DNA of 64,000 nucleotides from Dehalococcoidia bacterium. GTDB taxonomy: Bacteria; Chloroflexota; Dehalococcoidia; UBA2979. A model generated the notes under the pieces. It did no database searches. It saw only the letters and a program-made list of their open reading frames with translations, and had not been told where the DNA came from. This document shows positions 8,891-44,255 of the stretch, in pieces. The DNA lies in NCBI GenBank assembly GCA_965219085.1, contig OZ244720.1:1856001-1920000 (forward strand). The letters are read 5' to 3'. How positions within the stretch are numbered: position 1 is the first letter of the stretch; the number at the start of each line of letters is the position of its first letter. Both the position numbers and the translations under genes were made by a program.

Positions 8891-10714
8891 GGTCAGATCA
8901 CCGTCGCCGCCGGGGTTACCTTCGACACCGCGACGACAGACACGTACAGCGTCACGGTCGAGGCCGATGACGCGAACGGCGGTAGCGCGACCGTCGAGGT
9001 GACCATCACCGTCACGGCCGGCCCGACGGAACCACCGATCATCGTCGCAGGTGGGGGCGGTGGCGGCGGTGGGCCCTCGGGACCCAGCCCCAGCAGCGTG
9101 GACTTCGAGTGGACCGTGAAGCTCGACATCGAGGCGCTGGACAGCGGCCACGACAAGCCGACCGGGATGTGGTCGGACCGGACGACCCTCTGGCTCCTCG
9201 ACAACCCAGACGGCGCTGGCGACGCCGTCTACGCCTACGACCTCGACAGCGGCGAACGCGTCGAGGAGCGTGAGTTCGCACTCGATGGGACGAATCGCGC
9301 CCCGCGGGGCATCTGGTCCGATGGCGAGACGCTGTGGGTCGCCGACAGCGGCCAGGACCGCCTCTTCGCGCACGATCTCGCCAGCGGCGAGCGGCTACGG
9401 GACCGCGACATCGTGCTCCACGAGGACAACGAGGACAGCCGCGGCATCTGGTCTCGCGACCGGATCATGTGGGTGCTCGACAGCCGCACGGATGCGCTGT
9501 TCGCCTACAACCTGACGTCCGGTGAACTCCTCGGCGAGTACGCCCTCGACGACACCAACGGCGACCCCCACGGTATCTGGTCGGATGGCGTCGGCGTCTG
9601 GGTCTCGGACCATGGGCGGAAGCGGCTTCTCGCCTACCGGCTGCCCGCGCTGCCGAATGAGCAAGAGCCCTCCGGCGAGGACATGTCACTCGAACGCGTC
9701 GGTGATGAGGACTTCAGGGAGCTGAGCGGCGCCAGCAACAACAGCCCGCGCGGCATCTGGTCCGACGGCGACGTCATGTACGTGGCCGACGCCAGCGACG
9801 ACAGGGTCTACAGCTACAACATGCCCGACGCGATCGACGCGCGCCTCGCCTCGCTCACCCTGAGCGGCATCGAGATCGGGGCGTTCGATCCCGGCCGCGA
9901 GGAGTACGAGGGGGTCGTCGCCGAGGGCGTGACCGAGACCGTCGTGACAGCGGAGGCGATGCAGCGCGGCACGGATGTCGCCATCGACCCGCCCGACGCC
10001 GACGAGGAGGCGGACGGCCACCAGGTAGCGCTGGAGGGCCTCGGCGAGATCACGGTCACCGTCACCTCGGCCGACGGCAGCCGCACGAAGAGCTACCGCG
10101 TGGCCTTCGGCGACGCCGGACAGGAACCGACCCCCGAGCCGTGGGCACACTGCCTGCGCGGCGACATCGCCGAGGGCTTCAGCCTCGTCGTCTCCGAGGG
10201 CGGCAGCGTCGAGGACCTCGTGGCCTGCGCGGAGAGCCGGGATGTCGTGACCCTCTACGCGCTGCACGAGGGTGTCTACGTCTCCTACATCCTCGGAGCG
10301 CCGGAGTGGGTGAACGCGGGCTTCGCCGGGCTGTTCGCCGGTGGCGTTCCCCCGTTCACGCCGCTGACCGTCCAGAGCGGCGGATCGCCTTCAGCCGACC
10401 CGAACCGCGGCGACGGCGCCCTGCTGCCGGGGCCGGAGTGCCTGCACGGCGAGATCGCCGAGGGCTTCAGCCTCCTCGTCTCCGAGGGCGGCAGCGTCGA
10501 GGAGCTCGTGGCCTGCGCGGAGAGCCTGCACATCACGGCCCTCTACGACCTGCAGGACGGAGAGTGGGTCTCCTACATCCTCGGCGCTCCGGAGTGGGTG
10601 AACGAGGGCTTTGCCGAGCTGTTCCCGGACGGCATTTCACCCATCACCCCATTGGTCGCCAAGGGGCCCGTGCCTACGGCCGATGCGACTCAAGCCGGCG
10701 CGGCAAGCCGGTAG
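8819..10714 (+). CDS. N-terminally truncated surface protein: partial cadherin domain, Gly8 linker, WSDG-repeat beta-propeller, cadherin-like beta-sandwich, two Cys repeats
   Basis: Closely similar to the C-terminal modules of 11596..37011 and 58640..64000. The first ~25 codons are antisense helicase sequence, so the start is chimeric. Confidence 0.8.
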   Translation: MRPALAHGGALAEVVELDLADPRRGQITVAAGVTFDTATTDTYSVTVEADDANGGSATVEVTITVTAGPTEPPIIVAGGGGGGGGPSGPSPSSVDFEWTVKLDIEALDSGHDKPTGMWSDRTTLWLLDNPDGAGDAVYAYDLDSGERVEEREFALDGTNRAPRGIWSDGETLWVADSGQDRLFAHDLASGERLRDRDIVLHEDNEDSRGIWSRDRIMWVLDSRTDALFAYNLTSGELLGEYALDDTNGDPHGIWSDGVGVWVSDHGRKRLLAYRLPALPNEQEPSGEDMSLERVGDEDFRELSGASNNSPRGIWSDGDVMYVADASDDRVYSYNMPDAIDARLASLTLSGIEIGAFDPGREEYEGVVAEGVTETVVTAEAMQRGTDVAIDPPDADEEADGHQVALEGLGEITVTVTSADGSRTKSYRVAFGDAGQEPTPEPWAHCLRGDIAEGFSLVVSEGGSVEDLVACAESRDVVTLYALHEGVYVSYILGAPEWVNAGFAGLFAGGVPPFTPLTVQSGGSPSADPNRGDGALLPGPECLHGEIAEGFSLLVSEGGSVEELVACAESLHITALYDLQDGEWVSYILGAPEWVNEGFAELFPDGISPITPLVAKGPVPTADATQAGAASR

Positions 10715-10801
10715 ACATTGGGGTCTGTAGCGGCGCCACTCGGTGCTTGAGTGGGTCATGTCCGAAACGAACCCTCACTGAAGCGACGGCAAGCTCGCAG
10801 C

Positions 10802-10837
10802 CCACGAGTAGCGCAGCGTTTGGTGTTGATTGAAAAA
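10802..10837 (-). other. Conserved 36-bp junction motif, copy 2
   Basis: TTTTTCAATCAACACCAAACGCTGCGCTACTCGTGG, following helicase WFET. Confidence 0.75.
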
Positions 10838-10845
10838 CTGGCAAC

Positions 10846-11020
10846 TCCGTCTCGAACCACACGATCGTCGGGGAGTCGACGACGTCCAGGCCCGTCTGCA
10901 CGAGCCTGGGATGGCAGACGAGGACGTCGGCGCCTTCCTCGACCCGCTTCGCCACCCACGCCTCGCGGGCGCTCGGGCGGCACGGCGTCGGCCTTCATGA
11001 CCGCGACCCTGAAGCCGTGT
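10846..11020 (-). pseudogene. SF2 helicase fragment ending at WFET
   Basis: MKADAVPPER..., VLVCHPRLVQTGLDVVDSPTIVWFET. Confidence 0.8.
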
Positions 11021-11028
11021 GTTCCGAT

Positions 11029-11400
11029 TGTCGACGTTCAGCGACTTTGTCTGCTTAACGGTTCAGCGAAAATATCCTCTCGCGTTTGATCGCTACCCGG
11101 TAGATGATGCCGCACCCTGGCGCCCGGGTGGGCCGCCGGCGCGGATATAGGCGCCGACGGTGTCGCGGGAGATGCCCAGCACTCGGGCGGTGGCGCGCAT
11201 CGAGAGTCCCTGCAGTTGTGCCTGGCGGATGGCCTTCCAGCGCGCCTGCTGCCGCGGGGTGGGCGGGTGCGGCGGCTTGACCCGGGCCTGCGGCGAGGCG
11301 CCGTGTGCGACGAGTCCGTAGCCGCCGTTTGGCGCGGGCTGCGCAAGGTCGAGCGGGCCATCGGCGACCTGCAGGCAACACTCGGTGATCGACGACGGTG
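11029..11400 (-). mobile_element. Right-end remnant of an IS481/IS1202(ISNCY)-like element
   Basis: Terminal TGTCG with a repeated TTCAGCGA box. C-terminal HTH GLSMRATARVLGISRDTVGAY. Confidence 0.55.
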
Positions 11401-11595
11401 AGGGGGGTCGCGGTAGGATAGGGAGCAGGCGCGCGCCCGGAGGATCAGCTATGACCACAACCGTGAAAGCCACTTACGCCAACGGCGTGCTGACGCCCGA
11501 GGAGCCCCTCGACCTCATGGAAGGTGAGAGGGTGACGGTGTCGATCGAAGGCGCGCCGCCGACGAGTGGAGGGCTGGGCGCGATCGTCGAGGCGG

Positions 11596-37011
<25,416 letters not shown>

Positions 37012-37116
37012 GGCGTGCTACGTACTACGTACCGAGCGGCAAACGCCGCGTCGAAGCACGGTCCGCTGGGACGGGACGCGGCCCGGTTGAGGAGGACGAA
37101 AGGGCCAGGAAAAATC

Positions 37117-37130
37117 GGGGGGGGGGGGGG
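37117..37130. repeat. G14/C14 homopolymer upstream of the giant gene
   Basis: AAAATC-G14-TAACG, 105 bp upstream of the ATG at 37011. Confidence 0.85.
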
Positions 37131-37204
37131 TAACGTACGTTCTATTGTGACCCGACCGGCGGGCGAGTGAGCGGCCCCGGCGTTCACCCAAGACCCATGC
37201 GCCG

Positions 37205-37415
37205 CTCGTCTCAGGTGCAATGGGACTGGTCTGTCGGGCGCCACGTGAACGCCTTCCCGTAGCACGGGGTCAATTCATGGCAGCATATCACGTAGCCATG
37301 AACGTTCGATGTAAACTAGCCACCTGTTGGTGGCAGGCTGGTGGCGAATCCGCAAAACGTATAGTCGGGGCTGGTTGCTACCTAGTCACAAGGACTACGC
37401 TCAGTAACCGTTTCG
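37205..37415. promoter_or_regulatory. Conserved intergenic element, copy b
   Basis: TGAACGTTCG (37299), GGTGGC-N5-GGTGGC (37329/37340), TATAGT (37360), then ~50 bp almost identical to 55151-55200. Confidence 0.75.
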
Positions 37416-38343
37416 GCGTCTCGATGGCCCGGTTGTACTGACCGAGGTTGTCATGGGCAACCCCCCTAGCGGCGAGGGTCTCCAGATTCTCGGGGTCGAG
37501 GCGCAGTGACCGGTCGAAGTCCTCGATTGCCTCGGCCGGTCTCTCCAGGTTGCCGAGAGCCACGCCCCGGCTGTGGAGGGCGCCAGCATTGTCCGGGTCG
37601 AGCTCCAGGGCAGCATCAAGGTCCCGGAGCGCGCTCTCGTACTCGCCGAGATTGAGCTTCGTGACTGCCCTCGCGCAGCGCGAGAGGTTGCTGAGCGGCT
37701 CCAGCTCGATGGCGCTGTCGAAGTCCTTGATCGCCCGCTCGAAGTCGCCCAGATCGCGGTAGGCGAGGCCCCGGTGGTGGTAGGCGGCCGCGAGACCGGG
37801 CGCGATCTCGATCGCCCCGCTCAGATCCTCCACAGCCCGGGTCGGCTCGCCCAGTTCGGCGTAGGTGTTTCCGCGGTTGTAGTAGGGGTTGGGATCGGCA
37901 GGGTCGGGGCCGATCGCCGTGTCGAAGTCTTTGAGCGCGGCGGCCATGTCGCCTAGCTGGGCGAGGGAGGCGCCGCGGCTGTAGTGCGCGACGGCATCAC
38001 CCGGATCGAGCAGGATGGCAATGTCGTAGTCTCCCACCGCCGCGCGGTGCTCCCCCAGCTCGGCACTGGCATGTCCGCGGTAGTGGTGGGCCTCGGCGTC
38101 ACCGGGCGACAGCTGCAGGGCCTTGCCGAAATCCTCCTTCGCGTGGCGGTCGTCGCCCAGTTGCTGATGCAGCAGCCCCCTCGCGGACAGCGCGGTAGCG
38201 TCGTCGGGATTGGCCGAGTCTGGGTTGAGGCGCTCCAGCAGCTGCCGCAGCTTCTGCTGACTGAAGTCGTCCAGCACCCCATGGTGTCTGCCTTGGTCGT
38301 CCGGTCGCTCCTGCCCGTCCTTGCGGTCGTGCTCTCCACGCAT
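37378..38343 (-). CDS. Tetratricopeptide-repeat protein, probably C-terminally truncated
   Basis: About eight 34-aa repeats (A..RG.A...LG....A..DF..AI.L.P). The last repeat runs into element b. The ATG at 38343 is more plausible than the 38622 start. Confidence 0.85.
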   Translation of the reverse strand: MRGEHDRKDGQERPDDQGRHHGVLDDFSQQKLRQLLERLNPDSANPDDATALSARGLLHQQLGDDRHAKEDFGKALQLSPGDAEAHHYRGHASAELGEHRAAVGDYDIAILLDPGDAVAHYSRGASLAQLGDMAAALKDFDTAIGPDPADPNPYYNRGNTYAELGEPTRAVEDLSGAIEIAPGLAAAYHHRGLAYRDLGDFERAIKDFDSAIELEPLSNLSRCARAVTKLNLGEYESALRDLDAALELDPDNAGALHSRGVALGNLERPAEAIEDFDRSLRLDPENLETLAARGVAHDNLGQYNRAIETPKRLLSVVLVTR

Positions 38344-38674
38344 CGCTGGGCTCCTCTGTCCTTCTCTCGGCGTCCCGCCGCGTCGGGCCGGTCTGTCCCC
38401 ATGGCGCCGCGCCCCCCACTCGTTCTCACGTTGCAGAGTGCGCGCGGCTGCTCTGCCGCGCGGTTGAGAGAAGCGCAGACGGGTACCGACTAGAGGGCCG
38501 CACCCTCGCGTAAGGGGGGGTCCCCGCCTCGGTGCTTCGACTCCAGTGAGGGAACCCACCTCTGGAGCCACGAGGTCGAGTTTCGTCTGCTTCAACGGGC
38601 CTCGGTAAACATGTTCCCTCAATCACCGCCGTATTTCTGCGGGTCCCTCTCCAGGGTGGAACCGCCGCCAATGC

Positions 38675-38727
38675 TCACCACCGCCCGGTGACCGACACGC
38701 TCGAGCCAGATGCCGGCGAGTGGTCAT
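38675..38727 (-). pseudogene. Stub of a further surface-protein gene start (MTTRRHLARACR)
   Basis: Follows the same ~55-bp linker as 44200-44255 and resembles the MTSSRRAAARAFR start of the giant gene. Confidence 0.55.
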
Positions 38728-38781
38728 GCTGCGCTACTCGATTCAATTGCGCGCGAGTGAAGCTCTGCCTGTCAGACACGG

Positions 38782-41700
38782 TCAGCTCGATGCCCGCGTG
38801 ATCGCGATGGTGTAGGCCTGCGTCGTGACGCCGTCCGCGGCGGTCACGGTGACGGTGATCGTGTTCGGACCCGTTGACAGATCCACCTGGTGGCCATTGG
38901 TCGAGCTGTCGTCGTCGGTGGGCGAGATCACCACGGTCGCCTGGTGTTGGTCGCACCCGCCGTGACCGTGGTCGAGGCCACATCGTTGTCGACCGAGAGG
39001 GTGTAACTGGCCGTATCGCGATCGAACGCGAAGTCGATCCCGCTGAGCTCGAGCTTGAGCAGCTTGGCGTTCTCCTTCCAGGGCGAATCGAACGAAGGAA
39101 TCTCCTGCTCCTCGCCGGCGGAGTTCCAGCAAACGATCGAGGTATCGGTCTTCAGGCCGCGCGCCTGGCGGTACCAGTCGATCGTCACTTCCTTGAAGAC
39201 GCCCTGCGGCGCCACCCTGTTGACATTCGTGACCAGCGCGGTCGTGCTGCCGTTCGCGATCCAGCACTTGATGTCACCGCCGACGGTGACGGCGCAAGAT
39301 TGCCGATAGTGCATGTCGACGTGCTGGAACTTGCCGGTCGGCGCGTTCGTCTCCACATGCGTCTGGTGGCCGATCCAGCGACCGCTGTCGTCCCACGGTC
39401 CCGTGAACTCCCAACAGACCAGGTCGCCGTCCGTATTGACGCCATCGTTCGGATCGCCATCCTTGCTGATGCCGCAGACTCGGTAGCCGCCGGCCTGGAG
39501 GAACGTGAACTTGCCGCCCGGCGGCTGCGATGTGGCGGAGCCGCCGAAGGATCGGCAGACGACCTCATCGTCCGCGTTCAGCGCACAGAAAAAGTTGTAT
39601 CCGCTCGTGACAAGCTTGAACGGGCCGCTATGCGTGCTGTTGGCGTCTCCGCCACAACCGACCGAGCCATCCTCGTTGAGCCAGCAGATTCCAGGTTGGC
39701 TGAAGGTGTGAATCTGCTGGATCTTCCCTTCCCGCACGGCCCCAACGTGACCAAATCCGTCCCAGCAGCGCGCGTAGCCATCGGCCTGGATGCCGCATGA
39801 GGAATCATTTCCTGCAACGATCTGGGTGAATATGCCCTCGGGGGTCCGCGGCTCCCGTTCGCTGAAATGCAGATCGCCCCAACACTCGACCGTCCCATCC
39901 ATACGCAGCGCGCAGACGTGGTCCCAGCCGGCGTCGACCTGCTGGAACCCGCCGACCGCCTGGACCACCTGTTTCGCGACGACGGGGTTGTCGACCTTGG
40001 CGATGGTCTTGATGGCGTCAACCAGTTGCTCGTCGTCTGCCTCCACCGATTTCACACCCGACGCCGCCGGGATCGTGATCGAGGTCGTGTCCGAACCCTG
40101 GCTGGCGGCATTGCCTCTCAGCGCGATGACCTGGAAGACGTACGTGGTCCCGGCCTCCGTGGCCGTGGCGTCGCTGTAGCTCGTGGCGGTCGACTCGCTG
40201 TCCGCGACCAGGGCGAACATCTCGCCCTCGCCGACGCCGCGCAGGATCCGGTAGCCGTCGACCGAGGCCGCGCCGGCCGCGGGCGCGGTCCAACCCAGCG
40301 CGACGCCGCCGCCGACGGCAATGGCCGCGGTCAGGCCGCCGGGCGCGAGCAAGGTCAGATCCGCGATGTGCGTGCCCGTCGTCACCGTGAGCGAGAGTTC
40401 GTAGGTGCCGGTCCAGCCGCTCTCCGCCGATGCGGAGACGAAATAGACTCCGTCCGCGTCGGGACTGAACGACTCGATCCGGCTGTCCTTGCCCGTGCCC
40501 GCTACTTCAGAGTCGGTGCCCGTGACCAGGAGGCCGCTCGCGTCGTAGATGCCCAGCAGTTTCGGATCCTCCAGCGTGCCCACCGAGACGAACGCCGGTG
40601 CGCCGTCGACCAGCTGCCACCCGCCGGTCGATTTGCCGCGCATGTCGATCTGATAGGTCGCGCTGGCCTGCAAGCTGAGCCGGTACCAATCGACATCGCC
40701 GACCGTTGCGCGCTCGCCGCGCACCGAACCGTCGACCTCGAGCGCGCACGCCGTGCTCGTGTCCGCGGGCAGATCGCTACCCCCGGCATCGAACTCGCAC
40801 GTCGCGACGACGGCCGCGGTCAGTGCGACCGAGGCTTCGGCCGACGCCTGGCTGCGGACGCCAGTGCGGATCGCATTGACCTGGTAGGTATAGGTTTCGC
40901 CGGCCGTGGTCGCCGTGGCGTCGCTGTAGGCGGTCGCCGTGCCCCCGGTGTCGGCCACCAGGGTGGCCAGCTCGCCGTCGCCGGCGGCGCGCAGGATCTC
41001 GTAGCCGCTGACGCTATCGGCGTCCTCCGCAGGCGCGGCCCAGCTCAGGGCCACGCCGCCGCCTTCGGGAAGCGTGGCGATCAGGCCGCTGGGGGCGAGG
41101 TCAACAGGGTCATGGGGGATTTGGACCCGGACCTGGCCCGACACCTGGCTGCGCTCCTCGCCGCGGATCGCCTTGACCTCGTAGGCGTAGGTCTGACCTG
41201 CCTCCGTCGCGGTGGCGTCGGTGTAGGTCGCGGTCGTGCTCGCAGTGTCGGCCACCAGGGTGGCCGGCTCCCCGTCGCCCACGGCGCGCAGGATCTCGTA
41301 GCCGCTGACGTTCCCGGCATCCTCCGCCGGGGCGGTCCAGCTCAGGGTCACCCCGCCGCCTTCGGCAGTCGCGGCGGTCAGGTTGGAGGGAGCCAGGGCA
41401 ACGGGGTCATGGGGGATCTGGACCTGGGCCCGGCTGGATGACTGGCTCCGCTCCTCGCCGCGGATCGCCTTGACCTCGTAGGCGTAGGTCTGGCCTGCCT
41501 CCGTGGCGGTGGTGTCGGTGTAGGTCGCGGTCGTGGAACTGCTGTCGGCTACGAGGGTGGTCAACTCGGCGTCGCCCACGACGCGAAGGATCTCGTAGCC
41601 GCTGACGTTCTCGGCATCCTCCGCCGGAGCGGTCCAGCTCAGGGTCACCCCGCCGCCTTCGGCAGTCGCGGCGGTCAGGTTGGAGGGAGCCAGGTCAACG

Positions 41701-44200
41701 GGGTCATGGGGGATCTGGACCTGGGCCCGGCCGGATGACTGGCTCAGCTCCTCGCTGCGGATCGCCTTGACCTCGTAGGCGTAGGATTCGCCCGCCTCCG
41801 TCGCGGTGGCGTCGCTGTAGGTCGTGGTCGTGCTCGCAGTGTCGGCCACCAGGGTGGCCGGCTCCCCGTCGCCCACGGCGCGCAGGATCTCGTAGCCGCT
41901 GACGCTGTCGGCGTCCTTCGCAGGAGCGGTCCAGCTCAGGCTCACCCCGCCGCCTTCGGCCAGCGTGGCGGTCAGGCCGCCGGGGGCCAGGTCCTCGGCG
42001 ACAGGCGCTGCCCGCGTCACCGTGACGCTGTAGGTCGCCGTACTCACGCCGTCGGGAGCAGTGACGACGATCGTGATCGCGTTCTCACCGACCGAGAGGT
42101 CGATCTGGTGTCCGTCGGTCTGCGAGTCGGCATCCGCCGTGACGCCAGCGGCGCTGATCGAGGCGTCGGCCGCGCCGTTGCTGAACGCCGGCTCGGCTGT
42201 GATCGCCGTCACCGAGACGTCGTTCGCGACCTCAGCCTCGTAGTCGAAGATGGCGGGCAGGAACGGGCGAACCTCGACATCCGTCAACTTCAGCAGTCTC
42301 AGGCGGGCGCGCTCCGGCATGGAGAATGCCCGGATCAGCGTGCCCTGCGAGTCGGACATCCACATCGTGGCGCCGTCGCTCCACAGACCTCCCGGGTGGA
42401 TCAGTCCAAGGTTCCAGGTCGTAAACCATTCCAGGCTTGGCACCCTCGTGTTGCTGTCGAGTTCAAGGACGCGAAGCCCGCCCATGAAGTTCATCATCCA
42501 GAACAGGTGGCCGTCGCTGTAGGCCGCGAACACCCGCCCCATTTCGCTGGCTACGCCACACCGGTTGTCGCCCCGCTCGAGGTCATCGAGCTCGTACGCG
42601 TACATGGGACCTTCGCAAGTGGGGTCGTCACTGCTGCTGCTGACGACCCGAATGGTGTCGCTGTCGCCCGCAATGCCCTTCAGTTCCGAGTCCGGCGACT
42701 CGATGTCTCGCCCGGGAACACGCGCCCACGTCTCCAGGTCATAGGCGTAGATCTGATTGGTCACCCCGCACCAGTTGTTGGATATCCATGCCGTCTCCCC
42801 GTCGGACCAGATGTCTCCCGGGCAGACCGGCCCGGAGCCGAGACTGTGGCTCCTCAGTTGCTCCGCGGTCTTCAGGTCGAACACCAGCACCTCATCGACA
42901 CGATCGATCAGGACCCACATGCGCTCGCCGTCCGACCAGATGCCCGTGGCCGACCACTCCAGACCCGACCACGATTCCAGCGGCGTGATGACGATGTCCC
43001 TGGACGAATCGCGAACGAGGCCGGTGGACGGATCGCGCGGGGTGTCGACCTCGGCTTCGACCGATGCGGGGCTGGCTCCGTGGCTGTTGAGCGCGAGGAT
43101 GCGGTAGGTGTACTTGCTGGCCGCCTCGACGGTCTCGTCGACGAATGTGGTTACCGTCGAGGCGCTGTCGTCGCTGACCGTCACCGTCGGGCCAGGCTCC
43201 GCGTCGCGCTCGCGGCGCAGAACCCGGTAGCCCGTGACCGTGTCGTCTTCGGGGTCGTCCCAGCTGAGCGTGACCGCTTCCGCCGTCGCCGTGCCGCTCA
43301 GCCCGGTCGGCGCCGATGGCGGCGCCGCGGGCGTGTTGGCCCGCAGATACGCCGACCACTGGCTCAGGCCGAACGTGTTGATCGCCTTGACCCGGTAGAC
43401 GTAGCGGGTCAAGGCACCGACGCCGTCATCGGTGTAGCTGGTCTCGGCGCTGCCGGTGTCGGCCACCACGATGTCGAACCGGCCGGTCTCGTACTCGTCG
43501 CGCAACCGGCGGAGAATCTGGTACCCGGTCACCGTGGCGTCCTGCGGATCGGTCCAGCTCAGCTCGACCGTCTCATGGGTGGCCGAGACCAGGCTCAGGC
43601 CCTGGGGCCGGGCCGGCGCCTCGGTCACCCGCTGCACCGTGGTTGTCGTCGATGCCGCTGCCGCCGGCTCGGCCTCGCTCTCCACCCAGCTCAGGCTCAG
43701 CGCGACCGTGTCGTCCTCGGCCCAGACCTGGGTGGTCGCCCAGACGGAGGAGGTAATCGATCTGCTCTTCACCTCACTCGCATCGGCGGACGCAAACTCG
43801 GTCCCGTCCACCGTCAGGACGAAGTCGTCGCTCGGCTCCGGTTTCAGGTTGAACGCCAGAAAGCCGTTCGACAGCAGGATCGCCACGACGTCAATCGTCT
43901 GGGTATCCGCGCTGAACTCGTCCTCGCTGAGCGTCCCCATCCCGCCCAGGAAGATGCTGTAGCCGTGGGTCGTCTCGCTGCCCGTGCCGTGCACGCCCAC
44001 GGTCAGGGTCGCGGTCCAGGCTGCGGCCGGGGTGTCGGGGACCGGCTCAGAGCCCTCCTCACCCGATACCGGCAGCACTCCCGACAGCGCAAGTGCGAGG
44101 GCAAGCGCCGCCAGGGCTATCGACATGGGGGCCGCGCGCAGGAACCGCCTCCGGCCTGCGTTCCGGGTGGCTCGTGCGGCGGCATGTCGGCTAGTGGTAT
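38782..44200 (-). CDS. Surface protein B (~1,800 aa): FN3 repeats, propeller, cadherin-like, PPC-like, RCC1/BLIP-II-like repeats; start and end each carry a 1-bp lesion
   Basis: ORF 38928..44126. In-frame upstream TTSRHAAARATRNAGRRRFLRAAP lacks its ATG (GCAGCAT-ACC). Frameshift at ~38940; the paralogous ending TIAITRASS* lies at 38782. Confidence 0.85.
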
Positions 44201-44255
44201 GCTGCGCAACCCGACCTAAATTGCGCGCTAGTGAAGCTCTGCCTGTCAGACATGG

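Noticed and set aside
7739-9373. 544-aa minus-strand ORF
   Set aside because: It is a chimera of antisense surface-protein sequence and shifting frames of the helicase pseudogene.
38344-38622. N-terminal extension of the TPR ORF
   Set aside because: It looks like intergenic sequence; the ATG at 38343 precedes the plausible protein.
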